64,000 bases of DNA from Gammaproteobacteria bacterium (lineage in GTDB: Bacteria; Pseudomonadota; Gammaproteobacteria; QQUJ01). The notes under the pieces were generated by a model. The model did no database searches, was not told the origin of the DNA, and was given only the letters and a program-made list of their open reading frames with translations. Positions 26,825 through 37,687 of this stretch are shown here, one piece after another. The translations under genes and the position numbers were made by a program. The DNA lies in NCBI GenBank assembly GCA_050287605.1, contig JBNKCG010000119.1, positions 15,095-79,094 on the forward strand, read 5' to 3'. Every line of letters begins with the position of its first letter. Positions within the stretch are counted from its first letter, which is position 1.

Positions 26825-27670
26825 ATGAGCACACCCTACCGACCCGAGATGACCCACGCCGGCCTCGCGCCTACCCACACCGTGGTGGCCCACGACGAGC
26901 GCGGCGAGCCGCACCAGGTCAACATCGCCGGCGAACGCCCGCTGACCCTGTACGTGGATAAACGCGAAGTGGTGACCTTGATGACCCTCGGCGGCCACCC
27001 GGAAGCGCTGGCCCTGGGTTATCTGCGCAACCAGGGTTTCGTCACCGACATCGAGCAGATCCGCGCCATTCAGGTGGACTGGGAGACCGATTCGGTGGCG
27101 GTAGTCACCCAGCATGGCGTCGACGGCTGGGACGAAAAGCTGGCACGCCGCACCGTCACCACCGGCTGCGGCCAAGGCACCGTGTTCGGCGATTTAATGG
27201 AGAGGTTGGCCGAGATCCGGCTGCCGCGCCCGCGGCTACGCCAGTCGATCGTCTACCACCTGCTGGAGCAGCTCGCCCGGCACAACGACGTCTACCGCGC
27301 CGCCGGGGCGGTGCACGGCTGTGCACTCTGCTCCGCGAGTGAGATCCTCTGTTTCGTGGAAGATGTGGGACGCCACAATGCGGTGGACGCCATCGCCGGC
27401 TGGATGTGGCTGGAGGGCGTGACGGGCGATGACAAACTCTTCTATACGACGGGTCGCCTCACCTCGGAGATGGTGATCAAAGTGGCGCAGATGGGGATTG
27501 CGGTGCTGCTATCCCGCTCAGGTATCACAGAGATGGGGCTCTCGCTGGCGCGCCAATTGGGAGTGACCATGATCGGCCGCGCCAAAGGCGACCATTTCCT
27601 GGTATTTCACGGAGATGAGAACCTGGAGCGGGATGCGTCCCCCCGGCGCATCCGCTCCGCGACTCCCTAG
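26825..27670 (+). CDS. fdhD: Formate dehydrogenase accessory sulfurtransferase
   Basis: TTGCGQG, GAVHGC, EDVGRHNAVD, TGRLTSEMVIK. Confidence 0.93.
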   Translation: MSTPYRPEMTHAGLAPTHTVVAHDERGEPHQVNIAGERPLTLYVDKREVVTLMTLGGHPEALALGYLRNQGFVTDIEQIRAIQVDWETDSVAVVTQHGVDGWDEKLARRTVTTGCGQGTVFGDLMERLAEIRLPRPRLRQSIVYHLLEQLARHNDVYRAAGAVHGCALCSASEILCFVEDVGRHNAVDAIAGWMWLEGVTGDDKLFYTTGRLTSEMVIKVAQMGIAVLLSRSGITEMGLSLARQLGVTMIGRAKGDHFLVFHGDENLERDASPRRIRSATP

Positions 27671-27680
27671 AGGAACGATT

Positions 27681-28199
27681 TCACACGAAGGCGCGGCTGG
27701 CCTCGCGGCGCCGCGGATGGTCGACGATGTCGCCACGACCTTCGTCCACGCACTTGGTCAACACCAACTGAGTTTTACGCAACGTGAATCCGTGGCGGTA
27801 GTAGAATCGATGCGCCCGTTCGCGTTCGACGCGGCTGCGCACCCGCAGGTCCGACATACCGCCATCGCGCGTCCAGCGCTGGGCGGCCTCGATCAACTGC
27901 GAGCCGATGCCCCAACAGCGAAATGCTTCGTCAACGATCAGACCGCCGATCTCCGCGAACGGCGCCATCTCGATCAGGTCCACACGGTAGACGTGCACCC
28001 AACCCACCACACCCGCGGCTGCCGTCTCGGCGACGAAGATTTGGTTGAGCGGATTGGCCAACAGGGTTCGCAGGCGTTCGCGAATCTCACGCTGCGATGA
28101 CGAGTATCCCAGTGCTTCGGATAGTGCTGCGATTTCGATGACGTCGCTAAGCTGTGCTCCCCGGACTACGACCGCTGACTGCCGCTTTGCCATGGCCAT
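27681..28199 (-). CDS. GNAT family N-acetyltransferase
   Basis: LIVDEAFRCWGIGSQL, AHRFYYRHGF. Confidence 0.85.
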   Translation of the reverse strand: MAMAKRQSAVVVRGAQLSDVIEIAALSEALGYSSSQREIRERLRTLLANPLNQIFVAETAAAGVVGWVHVYRVDLIEMAPFAEIGGLIVDEAFRCWGIGSQLIEAAQRWTRDGGMSDLRVRSRVERERAHRFYYRHGFTLRKTQLVLTKCVDEGRGDIVDHPRRREASRAFV

Positions 28200-28365
28200 G
28201 ACGCGTCCTCCTTCGCTATGCCTCGCCCTTATTTCACATCAAACGCGGCAGCTGTAAATTCCCTTTTTATTATGCGGCTATCAGCTTCTGCTGATGAGCG
28301 TGATTGGGAAAGGCTAACTTGTTACTTTAATTGAAATACCTTTTTTATTGATAATTAACGATAAT

Positions 28366-28980
28366 TTACAGTCCGGAATCCCGCTGTTTCGCCAAGCAGC
28401 GATCCACGAAATCGAGCCTATCCTGTCCGAAAAAGATTTCCTCACCCACCGCATACGTGGGCACACCGATGGCTTGGTGGGCGATTGCCTCCTCGGTATG
28501 GGTGTCCAGACGCCGCGCGGCCGCCGGCGATTCGGCCGCCGCGATCAACGCGGTTCCGTCCAGTCCCACCGTGTTGGCGACGGCGATCAATGTGCCGGGG
28601 TCGGCGATGTCACGCTCCTCCACCCAGCAGGCGCGCATCAGAGCACGCGTGAGCGCGATGCCGTCGTCGCCCTGCTCCTGAGCGGCGGCGATGGTCAGAC
28701 AGGCGAGTTTGTCGGGGCGTGGAAAATACTTGGGCTCCAGATTGAACTCGACACCGAGGAACTCGCGCCAGCGACGCAGCTCCTGCATGCGGTTGGCCAG
28801 TAATGCCGGCGGGCGTTGAGCGATAGGCAGATAGCCGACGGTGGCAAAGATGCGCGGCAATTCCACCGGCTTGAAGGAGACTGTCGCACCGTGGCGCTGC
28901 GCGATGGTCAGCAACCGCTCCAGGCCGAGAAAGCTCCATGGCGACATGGGTGTAAAGAAGAAATCGACTCGGGTCGGCAT
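28366..28980 (-). CDS. 2-hydroxychromene-2-carboxylate isomerase family (DsbA-like/GST kappa)
   Basis: VDFFFTPMSPWSFLG, GVPTY..FFGQDRLDF; start at ATG 28980. Confidence 0.88.
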   Translation of the reverse strand: MPTRVDFFFTPMSPWSFLGLERLLTIAQRHGATVSFKPVELPRIFATVGYLPIAQRPPALLANRMQELRRWREFLGVEFNLEPKYFPRPDKLACLTIAAAQEQGDDGIALTRALMRACWVEERDIADPGTLIAVANTVGLDGTALIAAAESPAAARRLDTHTEEAIAHQAIGVPTYAVGEEIFFGQDRLDFVDRCLAKQRDSGL

Positions 28981-29086
28981 CGGTTGCCCTTCCTGATTCG
29001 GGTGGGTATGGTCGGTCAGAATCTTAAAGTATGAACCATAATCGGAGCGCAATGATTTCAGATTCCAACGAAACGGCGATTCGCCC

Positions 29087-30040
29087 ATGAGTCTGCTGCA
29101 GATCGATGCCGACCGACTGCGCCGCGTGCTCCCCTGGGAATCCCTGATCGAGGCCTTGAGAGCGGGTTTCCGCGGTGAGTGCACGGTTCCCCTGCGTCAG
29201 CACCACACGGTACCGATGCCGCAGCAAGCCGATGCCACTCTGCTGCTGATGCCGGCGTGGCAGGCGGGCCGCTACCTGGGCGTCAAGACGGTGGCGGTGT
29301 TTCCCGACAACAGTCAGCGCAACCTGCCGGCCGTACACGCCACCTACCAACTGTACGACGGTAGCAGCGGCGAGCCGCTGGCACTGCTCGAAGGCAGCGA
29401 GCTCACGGCGCGGCGCACGGCGGCGTCATCAGCGCTTGCCGCCGGTTATCTGTCGCGCACGGATGCGACGCGTCTGCTGGTGGTCGGCACCGGGCGTCTG
29501 AGCCTCAACCTGATCGCCGCTCACTGCGCGGTACGGCCCATCCGTGAGGTGATGGTGTGGGGGCGCTCGCCGGCCAAGGCGGCCGAAGTGGCACGCCAGG
29601 CGGCGGCGACGGGGATCGCCGCGAGGGCCGTTGACGATTTGAAGGGTGCATGCGCCAATGCCGATATCATCTCCACCGCCACCCTGGCGGTCGACCCTCT
29701 GGTCAACGGTGACTGGCTGCGCCCCGGTACTCATCTCGACCTAGTGGGGGGCTTCCGGCCCGACATGCGTGAAGCCGACGATCGTTGCATCACGCGCGCG
29801 CAACTGTTCGTCGACACGCGCGACGGCGCTCTCAGCGAAGCGGGCGACCTCAACCAGCCGCTGCGCTCTGGTCTGATCACCGCGGAATCGGTGCAGGCGG
29901 ATCTCTACCAGCTGTGTCGCGGCGAACATCCGGGGCGCAGCGACGCCGACGCTATTACGCTGTTCAAATCGGTGGGTACGGCACTCGAGGATCTGGCGGC
30001 GGCCGTACTGGCCTACGAGACGGTCTCAGGCGACGCGTGA
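29087..30040 (+). CDS. Ornithine cyclodeaminase/mu-crystallin family (possible delta1-pyrroline-2-carboxylate reductase)
   Basis: LLLMPAW, LTARRTAASSALA, LFKSVGTALEDLAAA. Confidence 0.9.
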   Translation: MSLLQIDADRLRRVLPWESLIEALRAGFRGECTVPLRQHHTVPMPQQADATLLLMPAWQAGRYLGVKTVAVFPDNSQRNLPAVHATYQLYDGSSGEPLALLEGSELTARRTAASSALAAGYLSRTDATRLLVVGTGRLSLNLIAAHCAVRPIREVMVWGRSPAKAAEVARQAAATGIAARAVDDLKGACANADIISTATLAVDPLVNGDWLRPGTHLDLVGGFRPDMREADDRCITRAQLFVDTRDGALSEAGDLNQPLRSGLITAESVQADLYQLCRGEHPGRSDADAITLFKSVGTALEDLAAAVLAYETVSGDA

Positions 30041-30136
30041 TTCGCAAGGTTGCCCTTACGGGCCGGGGATCATAGCATCGTCGCTTTTGAAGACTTGGCG
30101 TGCCGCCTTGCGCGGCATGCGCATCCGGGAATCATC

Positions 30137-31402
30137 ATGCACGTTCTTGTCATTGGCAGCGGCCTCGCCGGCGTGGCGAGCGCCTGGTTTCTGCGCCACT
30201 ACGGTGCGCAGGTCACCGTGGTGGATCGCTGCAACGCCGCCGCCATGGAGACCAGCCACGCCAACGCCGGCATGCTCACCCCCAGCATGTCCGATCCGTG
30301 GAATCACCCGGGGTTGCTGCTCAAGCTGATCAAGTGGATCGGACGTGAAGAATCCCCCTTGGTGCTGCGTCCGTCCGCGTTACCGGTGATGGCGGGATGG
30401 GGCGTGCAGTTTCTGCGTCACTCGACGCCGGCGCGCCACCGGGAAAACACCCTTAAGAACCTGCGTCTCGCGCGCTACAGTCTGGAGACCCTGCGCCAGC
30501 TACGCGGTGAACTCAACATCGAATACGACGCTCTTGCCAATGGCACGCTCAAATTCTTTCGCGACCGAGAAACCTATAGCGAGTTTCTCCAGCTCGCGGA
30601 GATGCTGAGCGCCCACGGCGTCCCCTTTCGCGCCTTGGACGGCGGCGAAGTGGTCGCCCTGGAACCCAGCCTGGCGCCCATCCAATCCGAACTGGCAGGC
30701 GGGCTGCACTTTCCCGACGACGAATCCGGCAACGCGCGGCGTTTCTGCGAAAGCCTAGCCGCCCGGGCCCGTGAGCACGGCGTTGAGTTCCGCTACGGCG
30801 AGAACGTGCAGCGTCTCATCGTCGAAAAAGGCCGTTTTCGCGCGCTCGAAACCGACGCCGGACACCTGGACGCCGATGCCTGCGTGGTGGCTGCGGGCAG
30901 CTACGCGCCGCTGCTGCTCAAACCGTTGGGCATCCACCTCCCGGTGCGTCCGGTGAAGGGCTATTCCATCACGCTGCCGTTCGGCGAGTGGCGGCCGCGC
31001 CCACGGATGCCGCTCATCGACGAGACCCTGCACTTGGCGGCCACCCCGCTGGGCGATGCGCTACGTATTGCCGGCACCGCGGAACTCGCCGGCTGGGACA
31101 CCCGGGTTCGCCGCGCACGCATCGACCGCTTGGTGACGTTCGTGCGCCGCATATTTCCCACCTTCCCGATTCCGGCGCCGGACCAGGAGATCGGCGAATG
31201 GAGTGGCCTGCGCCCCATGAGTAGCGACGGTGTCCCCATCCTCGGCCCCTCGCCCATCGCGGGACTGCATCTGGCCACCGGCTACGGACACCTGGGCTGG
31301 ACGCTCTCCTCCGGTGCCGGCAAGTTGGTGGCGGCCGGCGTGGTGGGCCAACCGCTCGATCTCGATCTCGCCCCCTACGCATGGCGGCGACCGCGCCGCT
31401 GA
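30137..31402 (+). CDS. dadA: D-amino acid dehydrogenase (DadA family)
   Basis: VLVIGSGLAG, METSHANAG, PVKGYSIT, WSGLRP, GYGHLGWT; start at ATG 30137. Confidence 0.82.
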   Translation: MHVLVIGSGLAGVASAWFLRHYGAQVTVVDRCNAAAMETSHANAGMLTPSMSDPWNHPGLLLKLIKWIGREESPLVLRPSALPVMAGWGVQFLRHSTPARHRENTLKNLRLARYSLETLRQLRGELNIEYDALANGTLKFFRDRETYSEFLQLAEMLSAHGVPFRALDGGEVVALEPSLAPIQSELAGGLHFPDDESGNARRFCESLAARAREHGVEFRYGENVQRLIVEKGRFRALETDAGHLDADACVVAAGSYAPLLLKPLGIHLPVRPVKGYSITLPFGEWRPRPRMPLIDETLHLAATPLGDALRIAGTAELAGWDTRVRRARIDRLVTFVRRIFPTFPIPAPDQEIGEWSGLRPMSSDGVPILGPSPIAGLHLATGYGHLGWTLSSGAGKLVAAGVVGQPLDLDLAPYAWRRPRR

Positions 31403-31458
31403 TGCACGCTTCGCACTCCCTGGTCCATACTTGATCCACCCCTTCATCGCGCCGGGAG

Positions 31459-32337
31459 GTGCCGATCGTGCGCGCATCATGCCCACAGGCGTACCGCCGG
31501 CTGGTCCCCGTCATCGCGTTAGCGGTGACGCTCGGGGCCTGCAGCGCCACGCGCATCGCCTACCAGAACGCCGACAGCCTGCTCGCGAGATACGCTGAGA
31601 AATATCTCGACCTGAGCGATCCGCAGTCGCAGCAGCTGCGCGCTCAGCTTGCCCGATGGTTGGATTGGCACCGCCGCGTTCAACTGCCCCGCATCCGCGA
31701 GCGCCTGCGCGCCCTGCGCGTGCAGTTCGCCGACGGACTGGATGCCTCAGAGAGCGAGGCGCTGCTTACTGAACTGCGCGACGCCTACCGCTCGGTGATC
31801 GCCGGCCTGATCCCCATCGTGTCCGATCTGCTGACATCGCTTTCTCCAGACCAGCTCCGACAACTGGAAGAGGCGTTCGCCACCAGCAACAACGACTATC
31901 GCAACGAACTGCTCACCGACAGCGTCGAAACGCGGCGCGCCAAGCGGCTGCGCTGGGCCACCAAGGTGGCACAGCGCTGGGTGGGCGATCTGAACGAGCG
32001 GCAGAAGCGGTGGCTGGCGCAGCAACTGCTGCGCTACCCCAGCATGGCGGACGGGTGGTTGGACTACCGCATGGAACAACAGCAGCGGCTGCTGACGATG
32101 CTGCGCCGACAAGAACCACGCGCAAACGTTGAGGTATTTCTCAACGAGTGGATGGTAAAGCGCGAGGGAGTGTCACCCGAGCTCGCCGCCGCCCGCCGCG
32201 CGCTGTTCGGCGCAGCCCCTTCCCTGCTGCTGCAGTTCGACGCCGGTCTGACACCTCAGCAGCGCGCACACGGTCTGCAGCGCGTGGATTCTTTTCTCGA
32301 TCTAGCTGACGAACTGACGCTACCCGCGCCCGGTTGA
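31459..32337 (+). CDS. Putative lipoprotein (DUF6279-like)
   Basis: Lipobox LGAC followed by RIAYQNAD..YLDL..WHRRVQLP. Confidence 0.7.
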   Translation: MPIVRASCPQAYRRLVPVIALAVTLGACSATRIAYQNADSLLARYAEKYLDLSDPQSQQLRAQLARWLDWHRRVQLPRIRERLRALRVQFADGLDASESEALLTELRDAYRSVIAGLIPIVSDLLTSLSPDQLRQLEEAFATSNNDYRNELLTDSVETRRAKRLRWATKVAQRWVGDLNERQKRWLAQQLLRYPSMADGWLDYRMEQQQRLLTMLRRQEPRANVEVFLNEWMVKREGVSPELAAARRALFGAAPSLLLQFDAGLTPQQRAHGLQRVDSFLDLADELTLPAPG

Positions 32338-32352
32338 GCATCGCTGAACCCA

Positions 32353-33228
32353 CTAGCGTTTCTTCAGCGCCGGATTGGCAATGGTCGGCAGTGTCTTGAG
32401 GTAGACCGCGATGGCCTGCCGGTCGGCAGCCGTCAAATGGCTGGTGTCGTTATCGATCACCTCGGCCATCAAACCACCGGCGTAATCACCGCCCGGCGTC
32501 GCGCCGGTTTCCAGGTACCAGACGATGTCCCGCGCGCTCCAGCGCCCCAACCCCGTTGAGCGATCGGGCGTCAGATTGGGAACCGGGTCGCCCTCCGGCC
32601 CTTGGGCATTGCCGGACAGGGCGCGCGTCTCATCCATGCTGCCCCAGGCGTCGCGTGGCGTGTGGCACTCGCCGCAATGACCCAGCGCCGTCACCAGATA
32701 GGCGCCGCGATTCCATTCGTCGGAACGCGTCGGATCGGGCTGAAACGCCCCTTCCTTGAAAAACAGCCACTGCCAAGCACGCACCGCCAGCGGCCGCACT
32801 AGGTACCAGGCCAGATCGTGAGGGCGATTGGGTTGCGCCACAGCGGGTACGGTCTGCAGATAGGCCCAGAGGTCGCTGGCATCGGCACGACTCATGCGCG
32901 TGTAGCTGGTATAGGGGAATACCGGGAAATAGCGGTGCGAGGGCCCCACCCCTTCGCGCAGCGCCGTGATGAATTCGCTCTCCGTCCATTTCCCCAGGCC
33001 ATACTCGCGGTGGGGAGTGATATTGGGGGTGTAGAAGGTGCCGAAGGGTGTGCGTAGCGCACGCCCCCCGGCCAGAAATGCCCCGTCCTTGACGGTGTGA
33101 CACGCGGCGCAGCCCGCCGCCGCCAACACGTAGCGGCCGTGTTCGGCATCGCCGGCCGGCGCCCACAGCGGACACATCAGCGCGAGACAACCGCAAAGCC
33201 GGCGCGCGATCGGCGCAGTCATCGGCAC
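32353..33228 (-). CDS. Diheme cytochrome c
   Basis: Signal peptide; CAACHT and CGECHTPR; TPFGTFYTPNITP. Confidence 0.9.
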   Translation of the reverse strand: MPMTAPIARRLCGCLALMCPLWAPAGDAEHGRYVLAAAGCAACHTVKDGAFLAGGRALRTPFGTFYTPNITPHREYGLGKWTESEFITALREGVGPSHRYFPVFPYTSYTRMSRADASDLWAYLQTVPAVAQPNRPHDLAWYLVRPLAVRAWQWLFFKEGAFQPDPTRSDEWNRGAYLVTALGHCGECHTPRDAWGSMDETRALSGNAQGPEGDPVPNLTPDRSTGLGRWSARDIVWYLETGATPGGDYAGGLMAEVIDNDTSHLTAADRQAIAVYLKTLPTIANPALKKR

Positions 33229-33234
33229 GCGCAG

Positions 33235-33687
33235 CTACTGCTGCTTGCGCCGATAATCCTCATGGCAACCTTTGCAACTCTGCCCCACGGCCTTGTAGGC
33301 CTGACCGATCTTGCCGCGGTCGCCAGAACGGACGGCCGCCACCAAATCGGCGCTCGCTTTCTCGGCCTTCTCCGCCTTGGCTTTGAAATCACTCGGGTTT
33401 TTCCAGATCGCCTCCAGCGCGTTGGTCTCACCGAAATCGCTACCCTGGGGAAACAGCGACGGTACGATGCCTACCAGTGCGTGGAGACCGTTGGCATGGT
33501 CGGCGAGATTGTTCCAGTGATCCACCCGCCCCTGCACCACCATGCCCATGGCGGCCATGTAGCCCGCCTGCGCCTTCATCACACCCTGGCGGTATTTGAT
33601 GGCGCCCTCTTCGTCTGCCGTGGCTGTGCCGATACCGACGGCGATAAGTGCCAGAAACAACCCCTTCTTGCAGATACCTGATCGCAT
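33235..33687 (-). CDS. Cytochrome c' / c556 (class II)
   Basis: Signal peptide, YRQGVMK, C-terminal CKGCH. Confidence 0.92.
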   Translation of the reverse strand: MRSGICKKGLFLALIAVGIGTATADEEGAIKYRQGVMKAQAGYMAAMGMVVQGRVDHWNNLADHANGLHALVGIVPSLFPQGSDFGETNALEAIWKNPSDFKAKAEKAEKASADLVAAVRSGDRGKIGQAYKAVGQSCKGCHEDYRRKQQ

Positions 33688-33779
33688 AGTCGCTCTCCTT
33701 TGACGTGGACACTGCTCTCAACGCCACCGCACGGCAGTTTATTCCCTGGCAGTCGTACATCGCAGCGCTGCGCGGCGGC

Positions 33780-35831
33780 TCAGGCGATATTGGCCAGCAA
33801 CATGTCCTCCTCGTCCTGCATCTCAGCGGTACTCAGCAACCAGACGTAGAAGATCGATCCGCGCCCGGGACGCGATTTCACGGTAATCCGGCCGCCGTAC
33901 CGCCGTATCAGAGCATAGCTGACCGGTAATCCCAGACCGGTACCTTTCTGATGCGTAGTGAAAAAAGGATCGAAAATTCGCTTCAGGTTGTCGCGCTCGA
34001 TACCTCCGCCGGTGTCCTTCACGTAGATCAACACGCCCTGGTCTTTCCAGTTGCAGGTGCCGAGCACGATCTCGCCCCGCTCTTCCATGGCGTTGACGGC
34101 ATTGGTGATGAGGTTGACCAGAACATGCTGCAGATGTTGGGTATTGTTCTGCACCGGGCGCGTGGCGCGGCAGCGCTTGACGACAGTGATCTCTTTCTGG
34201 TCGACGGCATGGCTCACCAGCATGAGCGTGTCGTCGATGACGGCATTGACACTCACCTCTTTGACCAGGCCGATATACTGCGAGGGGCGCGAATACTGAA
34301 GCAGGTTATCGACGATGGCCCGAATGCGTTGGCATTGCTGGACTACCAAATCGATTTCAGCGTCCACCGAACCGCTCGCCGCCCCCAATTGTGCGCGGAT
34401 CAAATCGATATTGCCGAGAATGACCGCGGTGGGATTGTTGAGTTCGTGCGCAATGCCCGCGGTCAGTTCCCCCACCGCTGCCAGCTTCTCCTTGGAGACC
34501 AGTTGCTCCCGCGTATCACGGAGCAGATCGATGGTCTTCTGCAATTCGACGTTCTTCTGCTGCAACTCCGCGGTGCGCTCCTCCACCTTCTCTTCCAGTG
34601 CATCGCTGTATTCCCGAATCTGTCGCGCGTGCTCCTGCAACAGATCCAGCATGTTGTCGAATTGCCGCGCCAGTTCACCGATTTCATCCCGTGACGGGAT
34701 GGTTCCGATACGCAACGCTCTGCCCTGTTGGGTGGCACGCACCACCCGCGTCATGCTCTCGATGGGGCGAAAGATCGAGGTCGCGCCCGCAACGGCGACG
34801 ATGACGGTAACCGCGGCCACGGTGAGAAACAGGATGACCAGCACACCCAGCGCCTCCCAGTTGGCCCGCGCGAAGGGGGCCTCGAGAAAACCCGCGTAGA
34901 GCATACCAACACGTCGACCGTCCACGTCGACGATGGGTTCGTAGGCGGAGATGTACCAATCGTTGACCACGAACGCGCTTTCGATCCACTTCTCGCCGCG
35001 CTCCAACACCTTTTCGCGCACCTCGCGCGAAACGCGCGTGCCCAGCGCCCGTTCACCACGCTTAAGTGGTACGTTGGTGCTGATGCGTACGTCGTCGAGA
35101 AACACCGTCACGGTGCCAACGCTGTCCGTAGGCAGACTGCCTGGTCCGTAGACCAGATCGCGGATGGCGTCGACGAAATCGAAGTTGTAATTGAGCAGCA
35201 GACCGCCATCGAGCACGGCGAGGATCGTTCCGTCGGGGGCGCTGACCGGATACAGCACCCGCAACACCATGGCGCGATCTTCCACGCGGCGCGCCACTGG
35301 AGCGGCGCGCGGCGTCTCCAGCAGCGTCAGGCGCACCCTCGCTGCCGCTTCCGGGCTGACCTGCGCCAGTTCGGCGTTGCTGAAGATTTCGATCCCACCC
35401 GATGGCTGGCCACGCAGCACCTGCGCCAATTGGGAAGAGTCTTTGCCCGGCAACGCGGTGTGTTGCCAATCGCCTTCTGCCGGCGGCGATACTAGATCCA
35501 GGTAGGCGAGATTGGCTTGACGTTGCACGCGCTGCAATTCCTGCGTGACGCCGGCATCGTCACGGGCGTTGAGCAGTGAACGGAAACGGTAGGAGTCGGC
35601 CAACCGGCCCAGAGTGCTGATATAGTCTTCGCGACTCCGTTTGAACACGTCGTGCGAAACTGCAAGATCCGCCGTCACCTTCATGAACAACTGCTGGCGA
35701 CTGAAGGTATCGGACCAGTGGACGGCCAGTCCGAACACCGCCGGCATCACCAGCAGAATCGGCAACAGCGTCAACGCCAGCAGCTTATAGCGTACCGAAC
35801 CCGTGACGGCACGCCAGATCGTGCGGACCAT
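33780..35831 (-). CDS. Cache-HAMP sensor histidine kinase
   Basis: TVTVFLDDVRISTNV..RALGT Cache signature, HAMP, AHELNNP H-box, FDPFFTT, GTGLGL. Confidence 0.92.
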   Translation of the reverse strand: MVRTIWRAVTGSVRYKLLALTLLPILLVMPAVFGLAVHWSDTFSRQQLFMKVTADLAVSHDVFKRSREDYISTLGRLADSYRFRSLLNARDDAGVTQELQRVQRQANLAYLDLVSPPAEGDWQHTALPGKDSSQLAQVLRGQPSGGIEIFSNAELAQVSPEAAARVRLTLLETPRAAPVARRVEDRAMVLRVLYPVSAPDGTILAVLDGGLLLNYNFDFVDAIRDLVYGPGSLPTDSVGTVTVFLDDVRISTNVPLKRGERALGTRVSREVREKVLERGEKWIESAFVVNDWYISAYEPIVDVDGRRVGMLYAGFLEAPFARANWEALGVLVILFLTVAAVTVIVAVAGATSIFRPIESMTRVVRATQQGRALRIGTIPSRDEIGELARQFDNMLDLLQEHARQIREYSDALEEKVEERTAELQQKNVELQKTIDLLRDTREQLVSKEKLAAVGELTAGIAHELNNPTAVILGNIDLIRAQLGAASGSVDAEIDLVVQQCQRIRAIVDNLLQYSRPSQYIGLVKEVSVNAVIDDTLMLVSHAVDQKEITVVKRCRATRPVQNNTQHLQHVLVNLITNAVNAMEERGEIVLGTCNWKDQGVLIYVKDTGGGIERDNLKRIFDPFFTTHQKGTGLGLPVSYALIRRYGGRITVKSRPGRGSIFYVWLLSTAEMQDEEDMLLANIA

Positions 35832-36000
35832 ACACCCTCTCCTCCTCCGCCCATCAGCAACCGCTGGCCGGGCTTATATGCCCGGTCTGTACCAAAATGG
35901 AGCGCACCGTCGATTGGCGGTCGCGTCCCAACTTCAATTCAGCGTATTGCTTTTCGTCGCTAACCCGTACTTGCGGGCTTCGCATCTTGTGATGTTGGAA

Positions 36001-37413
36001 CTACGCTTCATTCCAGAGATGAAGTTTCCGCTCCAGCGTTTTACGCCCGATGCTAAGGCGCCGTGCTGCTTCCGATTTGTTGCCGCCGGCGCTTTCCAAT
36101 ACCTGAAGTATGTGGCGTTTTTCCACTTCGTCCAGGGTCCAATCCGAGGGATAACCGATGCGCCCGGCGGATTGCGCTTTTGTTGCGCCGCGCTCCTGCC
36201 AGCATTCGCGCGGTCGGGCACCCAACAGCAGGCAGCGCTCGATGAGGTTTTTCAACTCCCGCACGTTGCCCGGCCAAGCGTAGGTCTGCAACTGGTGCAG
36301 TTCGTCTTGGTCAAACGCCACCGCTGGCACGCTCAATTCTGCCGCCATGCGTTCCGAAAAGAAGTAGGCCAATTCGGGAATGTCCTCCGCGCGTTCGCGC
36401 AGCGGTGGCATGGTGATGGTCAATACGTTGAGTCGATAAAACAGGTCCTCGCGGAAGCCGCCGCTTTCAACCTCTTTGTCGAGACGTTTATTGGTAGCCG
36501 CGATTACCCGCACTTCGACGGGAGTCTCGCGCTCGCTGCCAACCGGTCGAACCGTGCGCTCCTCCAGAACGCGCAGCAGTTTGGCCTGCATGGGCAGCGG
36601 CATTTCGCCGATTTCGTCGAGAAACAGCGTCCCGCCGTTGGCGTAGGTGAAGAGTCCTTCGCGGGCGGAATGGGCGCCGGTAAAGGCCCCCTTGATGTGG
36701 CCGAACAGCTCGCTTTCCAGCAGCTCGGGCGATATCGCCCCGCAATTGATGGGAACGAACGGTCCGCTGCGTCCGCTGAACTCGTGGATCGAGCGGGCCG
36801 CCAGCTCCTTGCCGGTGCCAGATTCGCCGGCGATGTGCACCGTGGACGGCGTAGGCGCCACCCGTTGGATGATGTCGTAGACGCGACGGATGGCGGGACT
36901 GTGCCCGACCATACCGCCCATGTCGTACATGCTCGCCACTTGGCGGCGCAGCACGAAATTCTCGCGCGCCATGCGCCGCTGATTCAGGCAGCGCTGAACC
37001 GATGCCAACATCTGTTCCAAGCGAAAGGGTTTGACGATGAAGTCAGAGGCGCCGGCCCTCAATGCATCAATGGCCGTCTCCACCTCCGCATAGGCGGTGA
37101 TGAAGATCACGTCGGCGCGGTTGCCTTGCTCGCGTAGGCTGTGCAGCCATTTCAGGCCGTTGCGGCCCGGGAGGCGAATATCTACGATCATGAGATCGAA
37201 CTCGGCCTCGGCGAGCAACATCTCTGCCTCCTCGGCACGCTCCACCGCCTCCACCCGTTCGCAACAGGCAGCCAGGGCGCGCGTCAGCAGATGGCGCATG
37301 CCGGCCTCATCGTCGACGATCAGGACCGACGCCAGCTCGGTCGACTCGTGAGACAGTTCATGCACCGTATCCGGTTCAGCGCTTAGCTGATCGGACGGAA
37401 GTGACATAGCCAT
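36001..37413 (-). CDS. Sigma54-dependent response regulator (REC-AAA+-HTH)
   Basis: [33 protein letters not shown]; start uncertain (37407-37413). Confidence 0.92.
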   Translation of the reverse strand: MAMSLPSDQLSAEPDTVHELSHESTELASVLIVDDEAGMRHLLTRALAACCERVEAVERAEEAEMLLAEAEFDLMIVDIRLPGRNGLKWLHSLREQGNRADVIFITAYAEVETAIDALRAGASDFIVKPFRLEQMLASVQRCLNQRRMARENFVLRRQVASMYDMGGMVGHSPAIRRVYDIIQRVAPTPSTVHIAGESGTGKELAARSIHEFSGRSGPFVPINCGAISPELLESELFGHIKGAFTGAHSAREGLFTYANGGTLFLDEIGEMPLPMQAKLLRVLEERTVRPVGSERETPVEVRVIAATNKRLDKEVESGGFREDLFYRLNVLTITMPPLRERAEDIPELAYFFSERMAAELSVPAVAFDQDELHQLQTYAWPGNVRELKNLIERCLLLGARPRECWQERGATKAQSAGRIGYPSDWTLDEVEKRHILQVLESAGGNKSEAARRLSIGRKTLERKLHLWNEA

Positions 37414-37687
37414 GCTAAACACCCCGACACATGGATCTAAACGACCCGTTTCTTGACCACCAACCTCTGGATAGATTGGTTCAATATAGACCATCAACGA
37501 AATTACTGCGTCATATTGACGTCATTTGCAGGCTTGAACCGTTACCTATCCCCCTACGGAGCGGTCCACGCAGCCACGCCTACGGTTTTGTCTTCCCTAG
37601 CCATATCACTGGAGTTGCAATCGCTGTGCCGGTTTGAGACAACAGCGTTTTCCCGATCCCGATTGGCCATTGCGAAGAGGAACCCAT

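Noticed and set aside
28230-28365. AT-rich stretch between the HCCA isomerase-like and GNAT genes
   Set aside because: Consistent with an ordinary promoter region; no repeat or RNA structure supportable
35803-37137. 444-aa plus-strand ORF
   Set aside because: Typical antisense frame of a sigma54 activator gene
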